64,000 bases of DNA from Eledone cirrhosa. Lineage: Eukaryota. The notes beneath the pieces are model-generated. The model was not told the origin of the DNA, did not search any database, and saw nothing but the letters and a program-made list of their open reading frames with translations. Position numbers and translations under genes: made by a program. Each line of letters opens with the position of its first letter. Position 1 is the first letter of the stretch. Shown here piece after piece: positions 52,247 to 64,000 of the stretch. Where the stretch lies: positions 103,540,001 to 103,604,000 of the forward strand of contig OZ024745.1 of the NCBI GenBank assembly GCA_964016885.1, given 5' to 3'.

Positions 52247-54097
52247 GTATTACTCTGCCTGTCTGTAGTGCACCATAGATAGGATAGCTTCAGATTTGTC
52301 CTTATTCAGTACCATCACTTTCTACTGTTAACCATCATTCCCTCATCCTCATGTGACAGTTGACATTTATCACTCTCACTGACTGTTACCAATACTTGTT
52401 TCTATCCCATCACATTGCTCATGCTGTTTTCTATTCAACCTCTATCAACTACAAACATGTAGCTACCACTGACTCTCTTCCTCCTTTACTATTATATGAC
52501 TATGGCGGTGGATTGGCAGTATCGGTAGAGGGTCGGACGCCATGCTTTGACGCATAGAGTTACGGCCCTTGCCATTCTGAGTTCAAATCCGGCCGAGGTT
52601 AACTTTGCCTTTCATCCTTACGGAGTCGATAAAATAAAGTACCAGTAATGTATTGGGGAATTTGTTATTTTTGTACATAGTTTATTTTATATTTTTTCAT
52701 TGTTAAATTGGTTTTGTTATTGTGCATTTTTACTCAATCTTATTGTAAACCCTCACTGACCCTGTCTTTGTATTGTCCCCTACATGTCAGCTCTTGTGAC
52801 CAATAAATGAAATCATTTGGATTGGCAGTATCGGTAGAGGGTCGGACGCCATGCTTTGCAGCACAGTTACGTCCCTTTGCGGACTGAGTTCAAATCCCGC
52901 CGAGGTTAACTTTGCCTTTCATCCTTACGGAGTCGATAAAATAAAGTACCAGTAATGTATTGGGTAATTGCTGGCCTTGTGCCAAAAGTAGAAACAATTA
53001 TATGACTATGTTTTTCGACTTATGTTAATACTTTCTTTACTATCAATCTCTTGGCCATCACTCCTCTTTTATTCATACTGAGATTAGCTTTGCCTTTCAT
53101 CCTTACAAGGCTGATAAAATAAAACACCAATAATGTACAGGGTTCGATTTAAGTAACTTTCTCCTCCCCCAAAAATTGTTGTCCTTGTGCCTAAATAAGA
53201 AACCATTATCATTATATGGCCCTTTATGTTCTGAATTCAAATTTCGCCAAGGTTAGCTTTGCCTTTCATCCTTACGGGGTCAATAAAATAAAGCACCAGT
53301 AACGTACTGGAGTCAATTTAATCAATTTTCCCTTCCCCCAAAATTGCTGGCCTTGTGCCTAAATCAGAAACCATTATTATTATTATTATTATTATTATAT
53401 AAAGGCGGGATTGGCAGTATCGGTAGAGAGTCAGATGCCATGCTTTGACGCATAGTTACGGGCCTTGCCATTCTGAGTTCAAATCCCGCCGAGGTTAACT
53501 TTGCCTATCATCCTTACGGGGTCGATAAAATAAAGTACCAGTAATGCACTGGGTAATTGCTGGCCTTGTGCCAAAAGTAGAAACAATTATTATTATTATT
53601 ATTATTCAAATCCCGCCGAAGTTAACTTTGCATTTCATCCTTACGAGGTCGGGGAAATAAAGTACCAGTCACGCACTGGGGTGGATTTAATCGACTTTCC
53701 CCTCCCCCCAAAATTGCTGGCCTTGTGCCGATATAAGTAACCATTATATTTTGTTATATTCTTATATATATATATATTATTTTTATATTTTTTCATTGTT
53801 AAATTGGTTTTGTTATAGTGTATTTTCACTCAATTTTATAGTAAGTACCCACTGTCCCTGTCTTTGTATTGTCCCCTATATGTCGGCGCTTGTGGCCAAT
53901 AAATGAAATCATTGGATTGGCAGTATCGGTAGAGGGTCAGACGCCATGCTTTCCAGCATAGTTATGTCCCTTTACGATCTGAGTTCAAATCCCGCCGAGG
54001 TTGACTTTGCCTTTCATCCTTACGGGGTCGATAAAATAAAGTACCAGTAATGCACTGGGTAATTGCTGCCCTTGTGCCTAAAGTAGAAACAATTATT

Positions 54098-54380
54098 ATG
54101 GAGACTTCTGGTGTCCTTGACCCTAGGGCTACCTCCCTACTTACCACCATAGGTGCTGAGCTGGCGAACCGTAGATGTCAGCCTCGTGAGATGGAACTGC
54201 TCTTCCAGGACATCTCCCTTACCATCCTCCGGGGAAACGTCTTCACCATTCTGTCCACTAGGGCTGTTGGGCAACCAACACATGGGACCCCATTTGCTCA
54301 TAATAGTGAGAGATGAGGAGGGTGAGAGAGATGGAGGCAATGACAGTGGGAGTTTGGCTCCTCTGTGTTCGGATCTGTCT
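54098..54380 (+). mobile_element. CRE-like LINE 3' end
   Basis: METSGVLDPRATSLLTTIGAELANRRCQPREMELLFQDISLTILRGNVFTIL. Confidence 0.75.
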
Positions 54381-55275
54381 TATATTTATTTATTATTTTG
54401 TAAAGGCAGATTATTTAAATGTTAGTGTTTCATTGGAAATTGTTTAGCCCTTTAGCATTTAAACCAGCCGTATCCGACCAGAATTCTCTCACCTCTTTCT
54501 GTTCAAACCGACTGTAACTGACCACTCATACTTATGTTAAGGTATTGTTCTCAAAATAAATAATATTAAAATCTCGTAGATTCAATATTATGTGAGGTAA
54601 TGAAGATATAATAGTAAATATAGAGTAAATATGGAGTAAAGGGCTAGATTTTGTTTGTGAAGCGGTAAATTAAAAATATGTTTGGTCAGTTAGATATTTG
54701 GGACAAGGCCAGCAATTATCCAGTACATTACTGGTACTTTATTTTTATCGACTCTGTAAGGATGAAAGGCAAAGTTAACCTCGGCAGGATTTGAACTCAG
54801 ATCGTAAAGGAAAGCATGTCTGATCTTCTACTAATACTGCCAATTCACCGCCCTTACATCTAGAAATAATTGTTTCTTCTTTAGGCACAAGGCCAGCAAT
54901 TATCCAGTGCATTACTGGTACTTTATTTTATCGACCCCGTAAGGATGTAGAAATAATGTGAAACAAAGTCACCTGTGGAGACTCATGGGCCGAGAATTTA
55001 TCCACTTAAGCATGACATTTTATTCCATCTGTAGTCAGTAGAATATAAACCATTCAAGGATAATTGGTATATCTATATCCCTACACCCCCCACCCCTCTC
55101 ATCATTAGCTGTCAGCTCAGATTGGTCAATGTCTATATTGCGCCCCCCTCCATCACTCTTTTTGCCTCATTTATTTATTTTATATGTTGTTGTTGCTGTT
55201 GTTGTTTTTTGGGATGGGGTGTTTTTATTAATATCTATGCTATCATTTTCTTTCTGGTCACTTATCCTGGCTTTC

Positions 55276-55649
55276 TTACTACTACTACCACTACTACTAC
55301 TATAACTACCTCCATAACTACTACTACTACCACCACCACCACCACCATTACTACTACTACCACTACTACTACCACCACCATCATTACTACTACTACCACT
55401 ACTACTACCACCACCATCATTACTACTACTACCACCACCAGCACCACCTTTACTACTACTACCACTACTACTACCACCACTACTACTACTATAACCACCA
55501 CCACTACTACTACTACCACTACTACTCTAACCACCACCATTACTACTACTACCACCACCATTACTACTACCACGACCACTACTACTACTACTACTATAAC
55601 CACCACCATTACTACTACTACCACCACCACCACCACTACTACTACTACT

Positions 55650-55689
<40 letters not shown>

Positions 55690-56106
55690 TAACCACCACC
55701 ACCACTACTACTACTACTATAACCACCACCATTACTACTACTACCACCACTACCATTACTACTACTACCACCATCACCACCATTACTTCCAACACACCAC
55801 TACTACTACTATAACCACCACCACTACTACCACCACCACCACCATTACTACTACTACTACTATAACCACCACCATTACTACCACCACCACCATTACTACT
55901 ACTACTACCATCACCACCACTACCACCACTACTATAACCACCACCATTACTACTACTTCCACCACCACTACTTCTACAACTATAACCACCACCATTACTA
56001 CTACTACCACCATCACCACCATTACTACCACCACCACCACTACTACTATTATAACCACAACTAATACTAATACTACTGCCACTACTATTACTACTATTAC
56101 TACTAC
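55276..56106. repeat. (ACT/ACC)n compound triplet repeat
   Basis: Directly visible. Confidence 0.95.
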
Positions 56107-56867
56107 ATCCCTAGAATGCTATGTCAACTAATTGGATCATTTCTAAAAAGATAAATCATTATATTATGAGTTCAAATCCCGCCGAGGTTAACTTTGCCTT
56201 TCATCCTTACGGGGGTCGATAAAATAAAGTACCAGTAATACACTGGGATAATTGCTGGCCTTGTGCCAAAAGTAGAAACAGTTATTACTATAGTTTATAG
56301 GGCAGTGGATTGGCAGTACCGGTAGAGGGTAGGACGCCATGCTTTGCAGCATAGAGTTACACATCTTTACGGTGTGAGTTCAAATCCCGCTGAGATTGAC
56401 TTTGCCTTTCATCCTTACGGGGGTCGATAAAATAAAGTACCAGTAATGTACTGGGTAATTGCTGGCCTTGTGCCAAAAGTAGAAACAATTATATTATGTG
56501 CCCCATTAATCCCTCCTGCCATTCTCTCTCCACCTATGTCTTTTTCATGGCAGCCATGTACTTGGTTGGATTGGCAGTATCGGTAGGGGGGGGGGGACGA
56601 TATTATTTGCAGCATAGAGTTACGGCCCTTTATGGTCTGAGTTCAAATCCCGCCGTGGTTAACTTTGTGCCTTATGGGGTCGATAAAATAAAGTATCAGT
56701 AATGCACTGGGTTAATTGCTGGCCTTGTGCCAAAAGTAGAAATAATTATTACTGTCTCCCAAGATATTGAACTTCCTCGATGCCATAATCAAACTGGCTC
56801 TCCTGTTTTAAACATGGTTTATAGCAGCAATTTACAGAATACTATTATTATTCAGACACCACAGTAT

Positions 56868-57227
56868 ATTTGCTAAAAGGTGGATGAATGTGGCGAGAAT
56901 GGCCCGTGTGAGTGGACCTACTCCAACCAGGCACCCGTAGGCTGGTTAATTTGAGAAGGAGGAGGGTGCCCTCCCTGAGTGGCCTAGAAGCATCAGGTAG
57001 TTCAGGATTGGTGGGGTACCTGAGTTGCCCCTGGGTGGTTCACCTGCCCCTCTCTATTGGGGAATTTATTTTGTTATTTTTGTACATAGTTTATTTTATA
57101 TTTTTTCATTGTTAAATTGGTTTTGTTATTGTGCATTTTTACTCAATCTTATTGTAAACCCTCACTGACCCTGTCTTTGTATTGTCCCCTACATGTCAGC
57201 TCTTGTGACCAATAAATGAAATCATTT
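56868..57227 (+). mobile_element. Tx1/L1-like LINE 3' end fused to a SINE head (also about 52660-52818, 53750-53913 and 57620-57921)
   Basis: FAKRWMNVARMARVSGP matches the 43.9-kb element. 3' UTR ends ccaataaatgaaatcatt(t), immediately followed by ggattggcagtatcgg. Confidence 0.7.
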
Positions 57228-58111
57228 GGATTGGCAGTATCGGTAGAGGGTTGGACGCCATGCTTTGCAGCACAGTTACGTCCCTTTGCGGACTGAGTTC
57301 AAATCCCGCCGAGGTTAACTTTGCCTTTCATCCTTACGGGGTCGATAAAATAAAGTACCAGTAATCCACTGGGATAATTGCTGGCCTTGTGCCAAAAAGT
57401 AGAAACAATTATTATTCAGACTCCACGCTTAGCAACATAGAGTTACGGCTCTTTACCTTCTGAGTTCAAATCCCACCAAGGTTATCTTTGCCTTTCATCC
57501 TTACAGGGTCAATAAAATAAAGTACCAGTAACACACTGGGGTCGATTTGATTGACTTTCCCCTCCTCCAAAATTGCTGGCCTTGTGCCTATAGTAGTAAT
57601 CATTATTATTATTATAGTACATTTGCTAAAAGATGGGTGAATGTGGTGAGAATAATTGGCATGAGTATGCATCTGGAGGCTGGTTAACTTGAGGAGGAGA
57701 GGGATGCCCTTCTCGGGTGCCCTCAAAGTTTTGGGTGGTTCAGGATTGGTGGTGTACCTGAGTCACGCCTGGGTGGTTTGTCTGCCCCTCTTGAGGAATT
57801 TATTTTGTTATATCTTTATGTATTTTATATTTTTATATATATATATTTTCATTGTTAATTGTTTTTTTATTGTGTATTTTTACCCAATTTTATTGTATTG
57901 TGGCCAATAAATGAAGCCATTGCAGTATCGGTAGAGGGTCGGATGCCATGCTTTGACATATAGAGTTACGGCCCTTGCCATTCTGAGTTCAAATTCCGCC
58001 GAGGTTAAATTTGCCTTTCATCCTTACGGGGTCGATAAAATAAAGTACCAGTAATGCACTGGGTAATTGCTGGCCTTGTACCAAAAGTAGAAACAATTAT
58101 TATTATTATAT

Positions 58112-58453
58112 AGAGGCACATGGCTTAGTGGTTAGAGCATTGGCCTTGCAATCGAAAGGTTGTGAGTTCAATTCTCAGACCGGGTGATGTGTTGTTTCCT
58201 TGAGCAAGACACTTTATTTCACATTGCTCCAGTTTACTCAGCTGTAGAAATGAGATGATAGGGACTGGGGTCCCTATCATTCCACTGCAAAGTGGTCGTG
58301 GAGGTGCCACGGCAAAAAAGCACCCAGCACTCACTGTAAATGAGGTTGGTGTTAGGAAGGGCATCCAGCTGTAGAAATCAAGCCAGAATCAGTTCCCGTC
58401 CCACCCTTGCAAGCAGGGAAAAGCGGACGTAAAATGATGATGATGATGATGAT
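58112..58453 (+). mobile_element. tRNA-head CORE-type SINE with RTE tail (full length)
   Basis: A box tggcttagtgg, B box gttcaattc, CORE-like tccttgagcaagacactt, tail shared with RTE 3' UTRs, (ATG)n end. Confidence 0.9.
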
Positions 58454-59049
58454 ACATTTCTTTATCACTCTATAAGTAGACACTGAAATTATAAATTCAA
58501 TATATGTTTATGAATTGGCTATCAGTAATGTGATGCAGATATTGTTACCTTTCAAACACATTTCTCTGTTCTAAAACTCTGTTCTAAAACTCAAACTTTG
58601 GTAAATTGGCAGAGTTGTTAGAACATAGGGGAAAAAAATATCTTTCAGCTCTCTGTCCTCTGAGTTCAAAATCATGCCAAGTTTAATTTTACCTTTCATA
58701 CTTTCCAGGTTCATAAAATAAAGTACCAGTCCAGGGCAATGGTTTGGTGCAATTGTTAAAGCATCAGTGTTTATTCTAGCTCTTTATGTTCTGAGTCCTT
58801 GGGTGAAAAATAAGAGATTGGCAATTGACAGTTGGCCACACAAATAGCAGTCAGACACAGGGACTCCAAGAGAAATATTGCAAGATGATACTACACCTCT
58901 TTGGGGCCTAAAGCAGTAAAGATTTTTCTCAAAATGGATGTTGCATAGTTGCTGTGGGTTCTTCTTAGCTCTTGGCCCCCGGAACAAAGTACCGGCTATA
59001 TACCCCCCACGCCTCATAGGCCCTGGTCAGACCAATTGATTAACTGGTC

Positions 59050-60255
59050 ATTGTTATAGCAGATCCAGACAACCCATTAATCTCTCAGATTTTAACTGCC
59101 AAGCTGTTGAATATGTAGAAATCAGATACCAAGATGGCAATGCCTGAATTTGCTACACCCTCATTTCAATTATCTTTATACATTTGCCACATAAGTTACA
59201 AATTATTAGACTGGAAATTTTCTCACTACATTTTAGTTATTAAATTTTTCTCTAATACTAATGGGATAGATAGATTTTCGAGAACAACTTTTCAATAAGC
59301 CATCTCTATGGATAAGGCTTAACTTTCTAAAAATGGAAAATTATTAATTACTTTATGTTGCTTACTTCAGTACCAGATTTCAGCAAACACTAACTCTGAT
59401 GTAGCTTATAACTAAATTCACATATGCTCTTCAATTACTTCATCATTTGCTGTCATCAAACAGTAGCCTGCATCCACTTTTCATCCAGTACAGATCTATT
59501 CTCTTCACAAGTTCACATCCACTTACTAATGCAAGTCACTCTTCTGTAGAATCCATGTCAAGTGGCGAGCCATCATGCAATTGCTCAGAAAGCTAAAAAT
59601 TGCAGCTAAATCTCTCTCAAATCATGTCTTAATCCTTTAGCATTTAAACCGACTGTATCTGGTCTGAATTCTCTCACCTCTTTCTGTTCAAACCAGCCAT
59701 AACCGGCTGCTCACAATTATGTTAAAGTATTGTTCTCAAAATATCAAAATTTCGTAGATTCAATATTATGTGAAGTAAAGCCTTTACCATGAAAAATACA
59801 ATAGTAAATATATAGAGTAATGTAAATGCTAAAGGGTTAAAACAGACATATTGAAATTATGAAGTTCACCGTAGCCTACTCCTGAAAAATGATTGTTTAG
59901 TCATGGCTTGAATATCTTTGAAAGTAGGTCTGCTCAATGAAACACTAATAATAAAGAAGATGAGATTATTTTCTTGAGAAAAAAAATAGAATAAGGAAGA
60001 TATTATTTTCAATTTCATACCTACCAGGTATTAACAAACGAATTCTAATTTGTGCTGGTTCCTGCTGAGACTTCCAGTGTCCTTGGAACCAGTACTACCA
60101 TATTTTATTTCCTGCCAAATCAGAATCAGGTCTGTAGAAGATATTTCATGAAATGGAATGACTGATAAAGCAAATATCACTGGCTGTTCGCCATAGCAAC
60201 ATTTTCGCCATCTTATCTGCATTTGAAGGTCTTGAGTTTGCCTGGTCCTCCTTTT
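59050..60255 (-). mobile_element. Possible very old Transib/Chapaev-like transposase remnant, interrupted by a MITE
   Basis: EQPVIFALSVIPFHEISSTDLILIWQEIKYGST loosely resembles LF..S.VPL...IWQN..PSST. The rest is heavily degraded. Confidence 0.28.
59633..59836. mobile_element. piggyBac-like MITE (related copy at about 54448-54645)
   Basis: TTAA flanks and terminal inverted repeat cctttagcattta / taaatgctaaagg. Confidence 0.7.
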
Positions 60256-61544
60256 TTTTGTTCTTTTTCTTCCTGTTTTTTTGTTGTTGTTTTTATTCAT
60301 CTTACTTTTAGATGTGTTTTCTATCCTGGCGAGGTCAACTTTACCTTTCATTCTTTCAGGGTCAATAAATAAAGTACCAACCAGTCCAGAAGCAGTTGAT
60401 TGACAGATTCGATAAAGTGTTGGATGACATACCTTGCAGTATTTGTTCTGGCTGTATATGTTCTGAGTTCAAATCCCACCTCCTGCTACCGGAAAAGTGA
60501 TGATACTTCTACCAGATGTTGTAAGCTAGATCAATGGAAAAAACAATGGGAAAACAGTTTCTTTTGCTAACTCTAAGGATCAGCCCTTTCCTTTTTTTTC
60601 TATATATTCACGAAAACATTGATCCGTTTGTTTTTCTTTCTTGCCCTCAAAAGCGCAGGCCAATAGACAATTTTGCCCTGTCTGTTCATACACAAGCCAC
60701 ATATGTAATTTAATATATTGTGTTATACCGACAAGCAAAGCCCTAAGCACTGACTGATTCAGTTTATTTGACTGACTTCAGATTCCATTCTTACATGAGA
60801 GTAAGTAGTGATGAGAGAGCTGCTTAGTACAAAAGTAGGTATAAAAAATTAGCATATTTGAAAAAAAACTAACTATAATTGTTAATTAAACTGCTTATAA
60901 CACCATCTGCACACACACACTCACTCATACACACATATATAAAACCAAAATTAAATTAAGGATGTTATGTCTGAGAAACATGCGCCATACTATCTGTAGA
61001 ATAAGCTCAAAGATTCTAAGGGATAAATCCAAGCATTTATTAGCATTAAATTAAAAATCGATTAACATATATCTATATATAAAATAAACACATCAAACCG
61101 GGGATGATTTGAAAGAGTGTAAACACACATAGCATATTAAAAATTAATGAGAACCTCAAATATAGATACCTTATATATATAAAGATAATGCGCATATGCA
61201 CATGCATGTGTGTGTGTGTGTGTGTGCATTATCTTTTATTCTTTTACTAGTTTGGACATGACCTTGCTGGGGAACCAACAGCATGGGTTTAGTCAATCTC
61301 AGTAGTTGTTTTGATTTGTAATTTAAACCAGAGAACCACTAAGTTTTAGAAGATAAAGTTATATACTATAAATGACATGATTGATTTAATCAGTCAAAAT
61401 ATAAACATTAACAGTAGTTCTATTTAGGACAAGTCTTATTTTGATTATTCTGTCATTCACTCTATTTACATCAATTACCTTATCTACCCATTTTTCTGCT
61501 AACATAATTCCTACTCTACCCAGCCCATTTTCATTTTCTACCCA

Positions 61545-62573
61545 GACAATGTGTCAGATAAAACTGTGATATTGTGGGGGAGAAGTGTGTCCGTAATGAT
61601 GATGGTATACTTGCCATCACTGATGCTGACAAGAAGGTAGCTTGGAAGTGTCACTACGATAGGCTACTAAATGAGGAGAATAAATGGGAAAAAGAAAGTC
61701 TGCCCCAAATTGATCCAATAGAGGGACCAGCAGTGCAAGTTGAAGGTAGTATAATAAGTAAGGCAATCAAAGATATGAAGACAGGCAAAGCAGCTGGGCC
61801 TTCGGAGATATTTGCTGAAATGCTGAAAGCATCTGGATCGGTGGGACACACTATGATCACCCGGATAGTAAACCAAGTCATACAGAATGGGGTTATACCA
61901 AATGACTGGTGTAGCAGCATCATCATTAACTGCTACAAGGGTAAAGGAGATGCCCTACATAGGGGAAACTATAGAGGCATTAAATTAATTGACCAGGTCA
62001 TGAAGGTCACAGAAAGAGTTATAGTGCAACTAATCAGAGAGCGAATTGATCTAGATGAAATGCAGTTTGGGTTTGTGTCAGATAAAAGTATCACAGACGC
62101 TCTTTTCCTTGTACGACAACTGCAGGAGAAGTACCTAGCTAAAAGTAAATCCCTATACTTAGCTTTTATTGACTTGGAGAAGTCCTCCGTTCCATTATCT
62201 GGTGGGCTCTTAGAAAACTAGGTGTTGATGAATGGCTTGTGAGAGCTATACAAGCCATGTATAAAGAAACAGTCAGCAAGGTTAGAATTAACAACGAATA
62301 TAGTGAAGAATTTAGCATAAAAGTTGGTGTTCATCAGGGCTCTGTCCTTAGCCCCCTCCTATTTATTATTGCCCTTCAGGCTATAACAGAGGAGTTCAAG
62401 AGCGACTGCCCATGAGAACTCCTATATGCAGATGATCTAACGCTCATAGCCGAATCAATGGACAGTCCTATATGAGCAATCTTGCCTCAACCAATATTGC
62501 CTCAAGTGGGACAATTCCCGTCTAAACCCATGCTAGCGTGGAAGATAGACATTAAACGATGATGATGATGATG
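61545..62573 (+). mobile_element. RTE-clade LINE RT fragment joined to its 3' UTR by an internal deletion
   Basis: KAAGPSEI...YKGKGDAL...NYRGIKL...QFGF...AFIDLEK, GVHQGSVLSPLLF, YADD (about 62425). From 62460 the 3' UTR and (GAT)n tail. Confidence 0.92.
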
Positions 62574-63285
62574 GTAACATCATTTGCATTTCTTTCTAAA
62601 CATAAAATCACACAGATTCACACAGACAAACACACACTCATACTCACATACATATGTGAAAAGTAAATGGATAAATAACATGACAAAATAATACAGTACA
62701 ATGAAGATCTATATTAGTTTAATGCTTGATAGAGTTTGAAAAGAGTCTTAATGTATGTATATATATATATATATATATTGTTAATAATATATATATATGT
62801 TAATAATAAAAAGGACGAGGTGTTAGATCTTCACTACATTTAGTGAGGTGTGTCGTTTCATGATTGATCAACTCAAGGCTCAATCTGTATCAATTGGGCC
62901 CGACTCTGGAATCAAAACTCTCAACATATTCAACAGAAAATATCTAAAAACAGGTTTGTTAGTTCAAATGTTTATAGTATGTTTACTAACAGATAAATCA
63001 TTATGAAAATCTGCAGTAAAGACTTTAAATTATTTAAAATAAAAATTTTTTTTAGTAATGCAATCACAGGGCTATTTTGTACTTTTCAAGAATGTCTTGT
63101 AAATATTGTTTGATGCAGTACAAGACGTTAAGAGTTAATGCAATATCATTGCTAAACCAATAAAAAGAAAAAATTGCAGTCGTGTTATTTTTCTCTTAGA
63201 CTGCTGGTCTAATAAAAAAAATACATATATTTTGCTGGGTCATAAAAATAGAACATGTTAATGTCAGTGATTTTCTAAGCTTTAC

Positions 63286-63316
<31 letters not shown>

Positions 63317-63583
63317 AGAGAAAACAGTTTTCAGCTGACTAGGCAAACTGCAAACAGTGCATGTTTTAACTAACAAAGATAATTCAATATTTACAAGCAA
63401 ATAAGCAGGAACACTGTAACTCTTAAAACTTCAACTGACTGAAATTTTCTGTATTTTCATTGCAATAATATATTTCATACATTTACATACATTGTATGCA
63501 AAGTTCGAACATTGGAAGTGCTGAGGTTCATAGAAAATGTAGTATACTCAGATGCAGAAAAATAATTGTAAATACAGTCGTTT

Positions 63584-63638
<55 letters not shown>

Positions 63639-63669
63639 AGTTATGTAATAAACAACATAAGATAATTAT

Positions 63670-63730
63670 TTCATTTACCAGTGGTTTCTTGAGGGCAGAT
63701 GTTGTGTCTGTCTTCAGTCGTCAGAATGAA
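63670..63730 (-). ncRNA. Complete type I hammerhead ribozyme
   Basis: UUCAUU-CUGACGA-c-UGAAG-a-CAGA-cacaaca-UCUG-c-CCUCA-a-GAAA-CCACUGG-UA-AAUGAA. The 43.6-kb copy restores UGAAG/CUUCA pairing. Confidence 0.78.
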
Positions 63731-64000
63731 TAAATAACATGGTGTTTTTATTAAATATGGATTTGAAAACAAAATTTAGGAAATATGAAAGTGAGACTGA
63801 AAAAAACGGGCGAAAAGGAAATAGGGGAAAATAATATAAAAAATATATATATAAAAAAATAAATAAATATCCAGAACATAAACATACACACACTCAACTA
63901 CGCGCATATACGTAATAGTACGTAGACGTATATTTTCTTACATAGGCGTATTTGCGTCTACATAGAAATACGGACAGCAACATAAATACATACACATACA

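Larger units (their letters stand above)
52504..58110 (+). mobile_element. Cluster of about 15 full or partial tRNA-derived SINEs (Ceph-domain-like), mostly + strand
   Basis: Repeated ggattggcagtatcggtagag...gagttcaaatccc...aactttgcctttcatccttacggggtcgataaaataaagtaccag...gctggccttgtgcc...agaaacaattattatt. Confidence 0.9.

Noticed and set aside
52504-52600. tRNA gene
   Set aside because: A and B boxes are present, but the sequence continues into a SINE body and tail in many copies. No convincing cloverleaf.

Overview
AT-rich, microsatellite-dense animal genomic DNA, almost certainly intronic or intergenic. The SINE/RTE repertoire suggests an octopod cephalopod (inference). No intact protein-coding gene is supported; there is one plausible + strand exon at 1264-1436. 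The window is a patchwork of decayed mobile elements: a near-full-length Penelope-like element (PLE; RT YVDD plus GIY-YIG, inverted pseudo-LTRs, 15626-18366), RTE, Tx1/L1-like, CRE-like and RLE-type LINE fragments, mariner, Sola-like and possibly Transib/Chapaev remnants, MITEs, Helitrons, two tRNA-derived SINE families and a 3-kb minisatellite. The main hidden signal is RNA structure. About 20 hammerhead-ribozyme (HHR) motifs, complete, partial or decayed, from roughly a dozen unrelated sequence families can be read from the sequence. Most lie in short modules whose 3' end abuts a (TA)n tract, often as tail-out fold-back hairpins. They show compensatory base changes, palindromic minimal stem III, U3:A8 core covariants, a recurrent U-U closure of stem II and long structured loop II inserts. 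One family has the HHR parts in a non-canonical, pseudoknotted order. A Tx1-like LINE 3' end repeatedly joined near the same position of a SINE head is a second candidate system. All folds were derived by eye and none was computed or tested.
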